Of a DNA stretch of 41,499 nt, positions 17,299 through 24,993 are shown piece by piece (the stretch's first letter is position 1; each line of letters begins with the position of its first letter). Made by a program: the position numbers and the translations under genes. The notes beneath the pieces were generated by a model. That model was not told the DNA's origin. It ran no database searches and saw nothing but the letters and a program-made list of their open reading frames with translations. The DNA comes from an uncultured Anaerolineales bacterium (GTDB lineage: Bacteria > Chloroflexota > Anaerolineae > B4-G1 > DUEL01), in the NCBI GenBank assembly GCA_964580565.1, contig CAZOLN010000003.1:1-41499 (forward strand), in the 5' to 3' direction.

Positions 17299-18521
17299 AG
17301 CGCGTAATCCTTGCGGACCAGCGGCCCGAGCGCGCGAGACAGCCGGGCCACCCCAACGGGGGCCGGGGGAACCCCGCCTATGGCCTCCCTCCACCGGCTG
17401 GCCAGACGGCCCCACGCGAACTCCCGCCGTGCCCGCTCCCGCCCCGCCTCCCCCATCCGCCGGGCCAGGTCGGGGTCCTGTAGCAACGTGACCAACCGCG
17501 CGGCCAGATCGGCCGGGTCGTGGGGGTCCACCAGGAAGCCGGTCACCCCGTCGGCGACGGCGTCCACCACCCCGCCCGACCGTCCTCCGACGACCGGCTT
17601 GCCACAGGCGTTCGCCTCCAAGAAGACCATCCCGAACCCTTCCACGTCCCCCGTCTCCGGCTCCTCCCGGCTGGGCATCGCCACCACATCGGCGCCGTTG
17701 TAATAGGCCACCACCTCCCCGTCCGGAACCCGACCGGCGAAGATCACCCGGTCCGCCACGCCGACCTCCTCCGCCAGCCGCTCCAGCCGTTCCCGGTCCG
17801 GCCCGCTCCCGGCGATCAGGTAGACCGCCTGCGGCACCGCCTCCAGCACCCTCGGCAGCGCCCGGATCACCTGGTCCTGCCCCTTGCGGGCGACCAGCCG
17901 CCCGAGGGTGAGGAGGACCCTGCGGCCGTCCAGCCCGTGCCGCTGGCGAACCCGCGCCCCCGCCCCCGGGTCGGGGTGGTAGACCTCCACGTCCACACCG
18001 GGCGGGACAAGGACCACGCGGTCCGGACGCGCCCCCAGCCGGACCGCCAGGTCCGCCGTGGCCCGGCTGATCGCCACGACTCGATCGGCGTTCTGCAACA
18101 CCCATCCCAGCCGCTCCCGCGTCCACGGCTCCAGCGCCGGTCGGGCGATCTCCAGGCCGAAGACGTACTGGACGTAGGGCAGGCCCAGCGTCCGCTTCAG
18201 GAGCAAGCCGGTCATCCCGTCCGGCAGGGCGACGGCGCAGTGGACCATGCCGACGCGGTGTCGGAGGCACAGACCTGCCAGGAAGAAGAACCAACGCAGC
18301 CGTTGCCTGCGTCCTCCGCGGAAGAACCAACTCGGTCCCTCGGGCGAGACTCGCACCATCCGGAAGGGCGCGCTGCGGTCGAACGTTTCCCACTCCCCCT
18401 CCCGATCCGGCGTCACCACCGTCACGCGGGCCGGGCCAAGCCGGGAGAACAGGTTAAACAGATAGGATTCCCGGCCGCCGACGCGGGGGGGGAACGTGTG
18501 GGCAATCAACAGGTGATCCAT
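17295..18521 (-). CDS. Glycosyltransferase family 4
   Basis: MDHLLIAHTFPPRVGGRESY N-terminus. EGFGMVFLEANACGKPVVGGRSGGVVDAV motif. An alternative GTG start at 18539 would give a GTGA overlap with the upstream stop. Confidence 0.85.
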   Translation of the reverse strand: MDHLLIAHTFPPRVGGRESYLFNLFSRLGPARVTVVTPDREGEWETFDRSAPFRMVRVSPEGPSWFFRGGRRQRLRWFFFLAGLCLRHRVGMVHCAVALPDGMTGLLLKRTLGLPYVQYVFGLEIARPALEPWTRERLGWVLQNADRVVAISRATADLAVRLGARPDRVVLVPPGVDVEVYHPDPGAGARVRQRHGLDGRRVLLTLGRLVARKGQDQVIRALPRVLEAVPQAVYLIAGSGPDRERLERLAEEVGVADRVIFAGRVPDGEVVAYYNGADVVAMPSREEPETGDVEGFGMVFLEANACGKPVVGGRSGGVVDAVADGVTGFLVDPHDPADLAARLVTLLQDPDLARRMGEAGRERARREFAWGRLASRWREAIGGVPPAPVGVARLSRALGPLVRKDYAL

Positions 18522-18535
18522 CACGTCCTCTCGGC

Positions 18536-20176
18536 TCACAGATACCCCAGGTCCCGCAGGTGCTCCATCACCTGCGCCTCTTCATCCGCGCTGTACCCCT
18601 CATCCGGCGTCTCGGCCTCCAACGCGACCGCGTCCGCGCGAACGGCCTCCCGCTCGGCGAGGGACGGCGCCAGCAGGTCCCGCAGGATCCGCCCGTCCCA
18701 CTGCTGCGGCACGGGCGTCCCGTAGAGGTGGAGCAGGGTGGCCGGCAGGTCGAGGATGGAGGCCTGCGCCAGGTCGGATGGAGACCGGCGGATGAAATCC
18801 GGCCCGCTCACCACCAGGATCCCCCGGCGGGTGTGGTCGCCGAACCGGTTGAGCCGGTCGACGAAACAGAAGGAGCCCGGCTTGTTGTCCACCACGATGT
18901 CGCAGGCCGAATCGTAGTGGTCGGCGACGACGTCGGGCGCGTCGGCGAGGGCGGGGCCGCGGTAGATCTCCTCCCGTCGGTAGACCCGCGAGAAGATGGG
19001 CCGCCCCTGCGGATCGCGGACCGCAAGGAGGTCGCGGATCAACGCCTCGCGGACCGCCTCGTACTCTTCTGGACCCACAGGCCCTTTGCCGTTCCCTATC
19101 CCTGCGTTGATCAGCAGCGGACCGCTGTTGGACGTGGCGAAGACCTTCGTCCGCGCCCAGTCCAGCCGCTCGGTGAACCGGTAGTCCAGTGCATCCGGCG
19201 CCGACCGGTAGGCCGCCTCCCAGAAGCGGCGCCGCAGCGAGGCCGGCGCTCCCCTGAGCAGGAGCCGGAGGACGCCCCGCACGAGCCGCTCCTTCATTCC
19301 CTGCAGCCCCCTTGCCCGCAGGTACCGGGACAGGGCGAAGTTGATTTCATAGGGAGGAATGTCCAACGAGTGTTCGCCGTAGGCGGCATACCCGTGCTGG
19401 ACCAGCCACGGCCCCAACAGGAAGGCGGTCCGCACCCGCCGGGAGCCGTGGTCGGACATCAGGATGAAGTTCGCCTCCGGGTACCGCTCCATCCACCGGC
19501 CGATCTGTGCGTCCACGTTGACCAGCACCCGCTCGATATACTCCATCCCCGGCGTGAAGTGGTTGACCCGATCCAGCGCGGCGTAGTTGAAGACCAGGAG
19601 GTCGACCTCGTAGGCCTCCGCCAGCATCATCGCGGCCTCGGTCTGGCGCGCCTCGTACTCGATCCACGCCTGGACGTAGGTCTCGACGCCCTCATCCAGG
19701 AGGGCACGGTCCACGTCCACCCGGTAGGGGCCGAACCGATCCTCCACCCGATCCAACGCCTCCGTCGGATAGGTGAACCGGCGGGCGCTCCGGGGGACGG
19801 GGATCCCCGGCACGACGAACCCGTCGAGAGGGCGTGGGGGATACGTGACGGGCACGTTGAACAGCCCCACCCGGACCCCCTCCCGGTTCAGGTAGGTCCA
19901 GAAAGGAGCAGATTTCAACGCGGCGGCGTTGACCATCCGTCCCCTGCCATCCTCGCGGCGGACCGACCAGTCGAAGACGCCGTGTTTTCCCGGGTTGACC
20001 CCGGTGATGAAGGAAGAGAAGGCCACCGGCGTGATGGGGGGCATCGTGGACTCCAGAACGCCCCGCGCGCCCCGCTCGATCAAACGGGCGACGTTCGGCA
20101 TCCGCCCCGCCGCCAGCAGGGGGTCCAGGTACTCCCAACAACCACTGTCGATACTCAGCACCAACGTTTTCCTCAT
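18536..20176 (-). CDS. Type I phosphodiesterase / nucleotide pyrophosphatase family (alkaline-phosphatase superfamily)
   Basis: LVLSIDSGCWEYL, MPPITPVAFSSFITGVNPGKHGV (catalytic Thr context), ILMSDHGS. ATG 20176 forms an ATGA overlap with the Wzt stop and sits directly after the octamer array. Confidence 0.75.
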   Translation of the reverse strand: MRKTLVLSIDSGCWEYLDPLLAAGRMPNVARLIERGARGVLESTMPPITPVAFSSFITGVNPGKHGVFDWSVRREDGRGRMVNAAALKSAPFWTYLNREGVRVGLFNVPVTYPPRPLDGFVVPGIPVPRSARRFTYPTEALDRVEDRFGPYRVDVDRALLDEGVETYVQAWIEYEARQTEAAMMLAEAYEVDLLVFNYAALDRVNHFTPGMEYIERVLVNVDAQIGRWMERYPEANFILMSDHGSRRVRTAFLLGPWLVQHGYAAYGEHSLDIPPYEINFALSRYLRARGLQGMKERLVRGVLRLLLRGAPASLRRRFWEAAYRSAPDALDYRFTERLDWARTKVFATSNSGPLLINAGIGNGKGPVGPEEYEAVREALIRDLLAVRDPQGRPIFSRVYRREEIYRGPALADAPDVVADHYDSACDIVVDNKPGSFCFVDRLNRFGDHTRRGILVVSGPDFIRRSPSDLAQASILDLPATLLHLYGTPVPQQWDGRILRDLLAPSLAEREAVRADAVALEAETPDEGYSADEEAQVMEHLRDLGYL

Positions 20177-21417
20177 GCAGCCTCTGCTCCCTCGCTCCTT
20201 TGCTCCCTTGCTCCCTGCACCCTCCATCGATGCGGCAGGTACACCAACGCTCCCCCCTGATCGAACCGGGAGCCCACCACGAAGTGGACCGCTCCGTCGA
20301 TCTGGTCATAGGTGAGCGGAGAAAAATGGTCCCGCTTGATGCCGACGTTGACGTTGTACTCCCCGTTGAGGAGGTTCAGGCTCTCGTAGATGACCTCGGC
20401 GACCCCCTCATCCCCCGGCTCGAAGTGGCCGTGGATGTCGAACCGGGCCGTCGTGGTACCGTGGAGGATGCGGTATCCCTGACGGATGCGGGAGTAGAAG
20501 ACGGGGTCGTCCACCGGCGCGTTGGCGCGGAAGTGGATGCGCAGCCTCATCGGCTCCGCCGTCAGGAAGGAGTTGCGCGGCTCCCCCTCCCCGTCGAGCA
20601 GTTCCACCCGCGTGATCTCCATCTCCCGACCGCCCCCTCCTCGCCTATCCACCTCCCGCCGCAGCGCCTCGCCAGCGAAGCCGGTGTGGTAGAGATCCAA
20701 CGCCTCCTGGGTCTCCCCCAGGAACATCACCTTGCCCTTGTAGAGGAACAGGGTCCGATCGCACAACTTCTGGATCATCTCCTTGTTGTGAGAGACCACC
20801 ACCATCGTCTTGCCGGCATCCCGGAACTCCTGGATCCGCCGGACGCACTTATCGCGGAACATGTAATCCCCAACGGCCAGCACCTCGTCGATGAGCAGCA
20901 CGTCCGGATCCACGTGGACCGCCACGGCGAAGCCCAGTCGGACGAACATCCCGGAGGAGTACCGCTTGACCGGCATGTCGATGAACTCCTCCAGTTCGGA
21001 GAAGGCGACGATGCTGTCGAACTTCTCGTCGATCTCCCGCCGCTTCAGCCCCAGGATGGCGCCGTTGAGGTAGATGTTCTCCCGCCCGCTCAGGTCGGGA
21101 TGGAAGCCCGCGCCCAACTCGATGAGGGCGGAGACCCTGCCGCGCACCGTGATCCGCCCGCTGGTGGGGCGGGTGACCCGGGAGAGGAGTTTCAGGACGG
21201 TCGTCTTCCCCGCCCCGTTGGGGCCGATGATGCCCAGCACCTCCCCCTTCTTGACCTCAAAACTCACCCCGTCCAGCGCCCAGAGCAGGTCCCCCCGATC
21301 CTTCCCATCCCGCCCGACCACCTTGCCCAGCAGGTTCGGCAGCGCGTCCCGCAGGCTCCCCCGTCCGAACCGACGGCGGTAGGCCTTTCGCACGTTCTCA
21401 AACTCGATCGCGGCCAT
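20173..21417 (-). CDS. wzt: Polysaccharide-export ABC transporter ATP-binding protein with C-terminal Wzt_C-type carbohydrate-binding domain
   Basis: Walker A GPNGAGKTT, signature YSSGMFVRL, Walker B LLIDEVLAVGD. About 150-aa beta-rich C-terminal domain (ITRVELLDGEGEPRNSF...LNGEYNVNVGI). Start trimmed to ATG 21417 (MAAIEFENV). Confidence 0.9.
   Translation of the reverse strand: MAAIEFENVRKAYRRRFGRGSLRDALPNLLGKVVGRDGKDRGDLLWALDGVSFEVKKGEVLGIIGPNGAGKTTVLKLLSRVTRPTSGRITVRGRVSALIELGAGFHPDLSGRENIYLNGAILGLKRREIDEKFDSIVAFSELEEFIDMPVKRYSSGMFVRLGFAVAVHVDPDVLLIDEVLAVGDYMFRDKCVRRIQEFRDAGKTMVVVSHNKEMIQKLCDRTLFLYKGKVMFLGETQEALDLYHTGFAGEALRREVDRRGGGGREMEITRVELLDGEGEPRNSFLTAEPMRLRIHFRANAPVDDPVFYSRIRQGYRILHGTTTARFDIHGHFEPGDEGVAEVIYESLNLLNGEYNVNVGIKRDHFSPLTYDQIDGAVHFVVGSRFDQGGALVYLPHRWRVQGAREQRSEGAEAA
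20186..20225 (-). repeat. Octamer tandem array x5, RAGGGAGC on the gene strand
   Basis: Plus strand reads gctccctc gctccttt gctccctt gctccctg caccctcc. Lies directly upstream of ATG 20176. Confidence 0.8.
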
Positions 21418-21434
21418 TCGGTACCCCTCCTCCC

Positions 21435-22223
21435 CTATATGACGTCCGCAAAGACCGCCTCCGCCCGCTTGAAGTAGGCGTAGGCCAGCACGAAGACCAC
21501 AAGGGAGATCGACGCCGCCACCAGCAACTGCGTGGGATCCACCCACTCTCTGTAGAGGATCACCCGCCGGTACCCGTCGATGAGCACCGCCATCGGATTG
21601 AGCATGTAGAGGGCTCGGAACCGCTCCGGGACCATATCCACAGGGTAGATGATGGGGGTCAGGTACATCCACAACTGGACCCCCAGCGGGACGATGAACC
21701 GGATGTCCCGGTAGAAGACGTTCAACGCGGAGGCGAAGAGGACCACGCCGCTCGTGAGCAGCACCTGGATCAGAAGCAGCAGAGGGACGAGGGCGAAGGT
21801 CGGACCCAAGGGGAAGCGGTAGAAGAGCATCATTAGGACGAAGACCACGGAGGCGATGGAGAGATCCACCAGACCGGCAAGGACCGAGGCCAGAGGGAGG
21901 ATCTCCCGGGGGAAGTAGATCTTGCTCACCAGGTGCATGTTGCGCACCAGGCTCTCCGTCCCCAGGGTGATCGAGGTGACGGTGAAGGTCCAGGGCAGAA
22001 GGGCGGAGTAGTAGAAGATCGGATAGGGGATCCCGCCGGTTGGGAGGCGGACAAAGTAGGAGAAGACCACGGCCATGATGATGGTAGCCGAAAGCGGCTG
22101 GAGGATGGCCCAGGCCACCCCCAGCAGGGACTGCTTGTAACGGACCTTCACCTCCCGACCGACCCAACTCCAGAGAAGTTCTCTGTATGCGACCAACTCA
22201 CGAACGTATGCGACCACTTCCAC
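21435..22223 (-). CDS. wzm: ABC-2 type polysaccharide-export permease
   Basis: YRELLWSWVGREVKVRYKQSLLGVAWAILQPL, the canonical ABC-2 N-terminus, plus six hydrophobic helices. GTG start at 22223, or 22217 (better spaced from GGGAGG). Confidence 0.9.
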   Translation of the reverse strand: MEVVAYVRELVAYRELLWSWVGREVKVRYKQSLLGVAWAILQPLSATIIMAVVFSYFVRLPTGGIPYPIFYYSALLPWTFTVTSITLGTESLVRNMHLVSKIYFPREILPLASVLAGLVDLSIASVVFVLMMLFYRFPLGPTFALVPLLLLIQVLLTSGVVLFASALNVFYRDIRFIVPLGVQLWMYLTPIIYPVDMVPERFRALYMLNPMAVLIDGYRRVILYREWVDPTQLLVAASISLVVFVLAYAYFKRAEAVFADVI

Positions 22224-22314
22224 CTCCCATCATAAACCGCCCAGAGGAGACGTTGACATCCTGCATGCGTGCACCATCGTTGCCAAGGTCCGCCAAAGCC
22301 CGGGCGGTTGGTTC

Positions 22315-24117
22315 TTAGTTTAGGGGAGCCGGCTCTTTTTGAGGGCTCTTCTCGACCTCTGCGACCTCCAGGGGCGGTAGAAGCCGTTCCAGATCCTCCC
22401 GTCGGATGACCCAGCGCCAGCGGACGTGCTCCGCCTGCAGCCGACCCGTGCGGCACCAGCGGCGGACCACAGCGGGGCGGACTCCCAGCACCCTTGCGGC
22501 CTCGCCGACGGTCAGGGTGGGCCGTTCGGCCAGGGGAGCCCGTTCGGCTGCCCATCGCGGCGTCGGATGGAGGCGCAACTGCCGCCGGGGCACCCGGTTG
22601 AACATCAGCCAGGTCGGGACCCCTGGGACGTGCTCCTCCAGCGACCTCAGCATCTGCAGGAGAGAAGCGACCCGCGTCCGTCGATGCCCGCACGCCATCA
22701 GCACGCTGTCACACCTCCGCGCGATGAGGAGGGTCTCAGGGGAGGTGAGGCCAGCGGCGCTGTCGATGAGGATGACGTCGGCCCCCTTCTTGAGTTCCTC
22801 CAGCAACGCGCCCCATCGGTCGCCGACGAACAGAACCGTCGGATCGGACACGGGCCGACCGGCAGGCAGCAGGTGGAGACGGTCTACATCGGTGGAGTTC
22901 CTCTCGATGAGATCCCAAGCAGTGGACAGTTTCCGCTCTCCCCGCAGCAGTTCGGCCAGGCCCTCCAGGTTGGGCAGATCGAACCACTCGTGGAGCGTGG
23001 GGGAACGCAGGTCCCCATCGACCAAGAGGGTGCGCAACCCTGCCTCGGCCAGGGCCTTCCCCAGGCTGGCCGCGACGAAGGTCCTGCCGACCCCGGCGTC
23101 CGCCCCGGCGACCAGGACGACCGCCGGCCAGCGCTCCTCCAACTCCATCACCAGAGCCGTCCGCAGGTGCCGCAACGCCTCCATATCGGCCGGTCGGAAA
23201 GGCAGGGTGGAAAGCAGCCGCTCCCGCCCCACTTTGACGCGGGGGAGCGCCCCCAACACCGGACGATCCAGGAACGCACCCTCCTCCACCGCCTCCCACC
23301 GGACCGTGTCGTCCAGCCGTTCGACGACCAGCACGCCGGCGACCGCCAACGCCAGCCCCGCGACGGCCGCCACGCCGACCGTCATCCCCGTCTGCCGGGG
23401 GAGGGGGGCCGCGGGCTCCGCCGCTGGCTCGAAGATGGAGAGCGCGTTAGGTGCCTCTATCCGAAGGGAGTCCAGCAGGCTGGCGTAGGTGGACTGGTAG
23501 TTGGTCCTCAGCGTCTCCAACTGTTCCAGCCGCCGTCGAGCCTCCTCCAGTTCCGCAGCCGAGGTCAGTTCGGGCAGCGTTCTCTGGAGATCGGTGATCT
23601 CCTCATCCAGCCGTTCGATCCGCGCCTCCAGGTCGTCCAACTGTGCGCGGATGAACTCCCGTCGCTGCCGCTCCTCCTCCTGCGAGACCGGGCTCCGCCT
23701 GACCAGTTCCTCGGCGATCGCGTTGGCAACGGCCGCCGCCAACCGGGGGTCCTGATCCACCACCTGGATCTCCAGCAACTGAGCCTCCGGGTAAACCCGG
23801 GTCGTGATCTGGCTCGCCAGCTGGGTCGGGCTCCGATCGAGACCCAGCCGGTCGATGACCGCCTGCGTCACCGGACCCTCTCGGGCCAGGCGGGCGTAGG
23901 CGTTGGCCAGATTGTTGGCGATGGTCAACTGCCACGGGTCCGGATCGGGGGTCTGCAGGCTGGTCCCGACCATCAGCGTGGCCTTCGCGCGATAGAAATT
24001 CGGCTGGCGGGACACCAGAGCGCCTGCGACCAGGGTGGGGATCAGCACGCTGAGCACAAACAGCCAGCTCCAGCGACGGGCGATCCCCCAATATCGCCAA
24101 AAACGCTTACTCATCAT
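22315..24117 (-). CDS. Wzz/PCP domain + BY-kinase-like P-loop domain (Walker A Lys replaced by Arg) + C-terminal excisionase-type HTH
   Basis: Two TMs flank a coiled-coil region. VAGADAGVGRT (Walker A with R), LLVDGDLRSP (A'), DVILIDSAAG (B). No Tyr cluster. C-terminus LTVGEAARVLGVRPAVVRRWCRTGRLQAEHVRWRWVIRREDLERLL. ATGA overlap with the response regulator stop. Confidence 0.8.
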   Translation of the reverse strand: MMSKRFWRYWGIARRWSWLFVLSVLIPTLVAGALVSRQPNFYRAKATLMVGTSLQTPDPDPWQLTIANNLANAYARLAREGPVTQAVIDRLGLDRSPTQLASQITTRVYPEAQLLEIQVVDQDPRLAAAVANAIAEELVRRSPVSQEEERQRREFIRAQLDDLEARIERLDEEITDLQRTLPELTSAAELEEARRRLEQLETLRTNYQSTYASLLDSLRIEAPNALSIFEPAAEPAAPLPRQTGMTVGVAAVAGLALAVAGVLVVERLDDTVRWEAVEEGAFLDRPVLGALPRVKVGRERLLSTLPFRPADMEALRHLRTALVMELEERWPAVVLVAGADAGVGRTFVAASLGKALAEAGLRTLLVDGDLRSPTLHEWFDLPNLEGLAELLRGERKLSTAWDLIERNSTDVDRLHLLPAGRPVSDPTVLFVGDRWGALLEELKKGADVILIDSAAGLTSPETLLIARRCDSVLMACGHRRTRVASLLQMLRSLEEHVPGVPTWLMFNRVPRRQLRLHPTPRWAAERAPLAERPTLTVGEAARVLGVRPAVVRRWCRTGRLQAEHVRWRWVIRREDLERLLPPLEVAEVEKSPQKEPAPLN

Positions 24118-24848
24118 GCACACTCCTTACCAACCCGCTCTTCCTCTTCGCTCGGAAGGTGGTCCCCTGCGAAGTAGTAACCGATCCCCCACCGCGTGCG
24201 AATGTAGCGCGGATCGGACGGGTCCACCTCGATCTTCCGCCGCAAGTAGCGGATGTAGACGCTCAAGTACCCGATTTCCTCCGCATACTCCGGCCCCCAG
24301 ACGTTGGTGAGCAGTTCCCTGTGGGGCACGACCCGCCCCCCCTGGCGGACCAGGTAGAGGAGGAGACGCTGTTCCGTGGGCGTGAGGTGGATCGCGACCC
24401 CCTGTCGCGCGACCTTGCCGTCTGCCAGGTCGACGTAGAGATTGCCGTCGTCATACACCTCCTGCCACGTTCCCCCCGCGTTCGCCCGCGCACGACGGAG
24501 GATGGCCCGAAGGCGAAACACCAACTCCTCCAGACTGCAAGGCTTGCTCAGATAGTCATCCGCCCCCAGGGAGAACCCCTTGATGACCGATTCCGTCTCC
24601 GTTCGGGCAGAGAGGATCAGGATGGGAACGTCGCACACGTCCCGAAGCCGCCGGCAGACCGCCCACCCGTCCATCTGCGGCATCATGATGTCGAGGACGA
24701 TGACGTCGGGACGCACCTCGTACGCACGTCGGAGTCCCTCCTCCCCGCTCTCGGCGGTGATGACGCGAAAACCCTCCCGCTCTAGGGTCAACCGGAGTAG
24801 CCCCAGCAGTTGCGGATCATCGTCGATCACCAGTACCGTTTCCTTCAT
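24114..24848 (-). CDS. OmpR/PhoB-family response regulator (first gene of the glycan operon)
   Basis: Receiver VLVIDDD...VIVLDIMMPQMDG...LSKP. Winged helix LTPTEQRLLLYL...YIRYLRRKIE...YIRTRWGIGYYF. SD GAGGAGGGGGG. Confidence 0.92.
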   Translation of the reverse strand: MKETVLVIDDDPQLLGLLRLTLEREGFRVITAESGEEGLRRAYEVRPDVIVLDIMMPQMDGWAVCRRLRDVCDVPILILSARTETESVIKGFSLGADDYLSKPCSLEELVFRLRAILRRARANAGGTWQEVYDDGNLYVDLADGKVARQGVAIHLTPTEQRLLLYLVRQGGRVVPHRELLTNVWGPEYAEEIGYLSVYIRYLRRKIEVDPSDPRYIRTRWGIGYYFAGDHLPSEEEERVGKECA

Positions 24849-24885
24849 CCCCCCTCCTCATTCCTTAAACGTCTGCGTAATTCTT

Positions 24886-24894
24886 AAAATACCA
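24886..24894 (-). promoter_or_regulatory. Possible extended -10 (TGGTATTTT) for the response-regulator-led glycan operon
   Basis: Lies in the only AT-rich stretch between the upstream terminator and ATG 24848. No convincing -35 box. Confidence 0.25.
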
Positions 24895-24925
24895 GAACGT
24901 CGTATGGGTTAGGTGAAAGAAAGGT

Positions 24926-24990
24926 CAAAAAACAACGAAAAACCCCCTCCCGTCGCTGGAGGGGGTCCAAAAGACCGGGTTACAACCCGG
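24926..24990 (-). terminator. Tandem intrinsic terminators after the second response regulator
   Basis: Minus strand reads CCGGGT-TGTA-ACCCGG TCTTTT, then ACCCCCTCC-AGCGACG-GGAGGGGGT TTTTCGTTGTTTTTT. Confidence 0.65.
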
Positions 24991-24993
24991 AGG

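Noticed and set aside
16615-18393. 592-aa minus-strand ORF and the 664-aa ORF at 20173-22167
   Set aside because: Only the 3' parts (GNAT from 17298; Wzt from 21417) carry real motifs. The 5' parts run in an alternative frame across the upstream GT4 and Wzm genes. ATGA-coupled internal starts fit much better.
22224-22314. Internal promoter or terminator in the 91-nt gap between the PCP-HTH gene and wzm
   Set aside because: Only a weak 5-bp CCGCC/GGCGG hairpin without a T-run, and a TTGGCA with no acceptable -10 at 16-18 nt. A plus-strand TTGACA here has no gene to serve. This is too weak to call.
22378-22515. Excisionase/prophage remnant suggested by the HTH_17-type helix-turn-helix
   Set aside because: The HTH is in frame and continuous with the PCP/P-loop protein. 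No integrase, att-like repeats or phage genes are nearby. It is treated as a domain fusion instead.
1-24848. Glycan cluster as a horizontally acquired island
   Set aside because: No flanking tRNA, integrase, direct repeats or visible compositional break. The same junction repeats and SD style occur in the housekeeping part of the window. This cannot be supported from this sequence alone.
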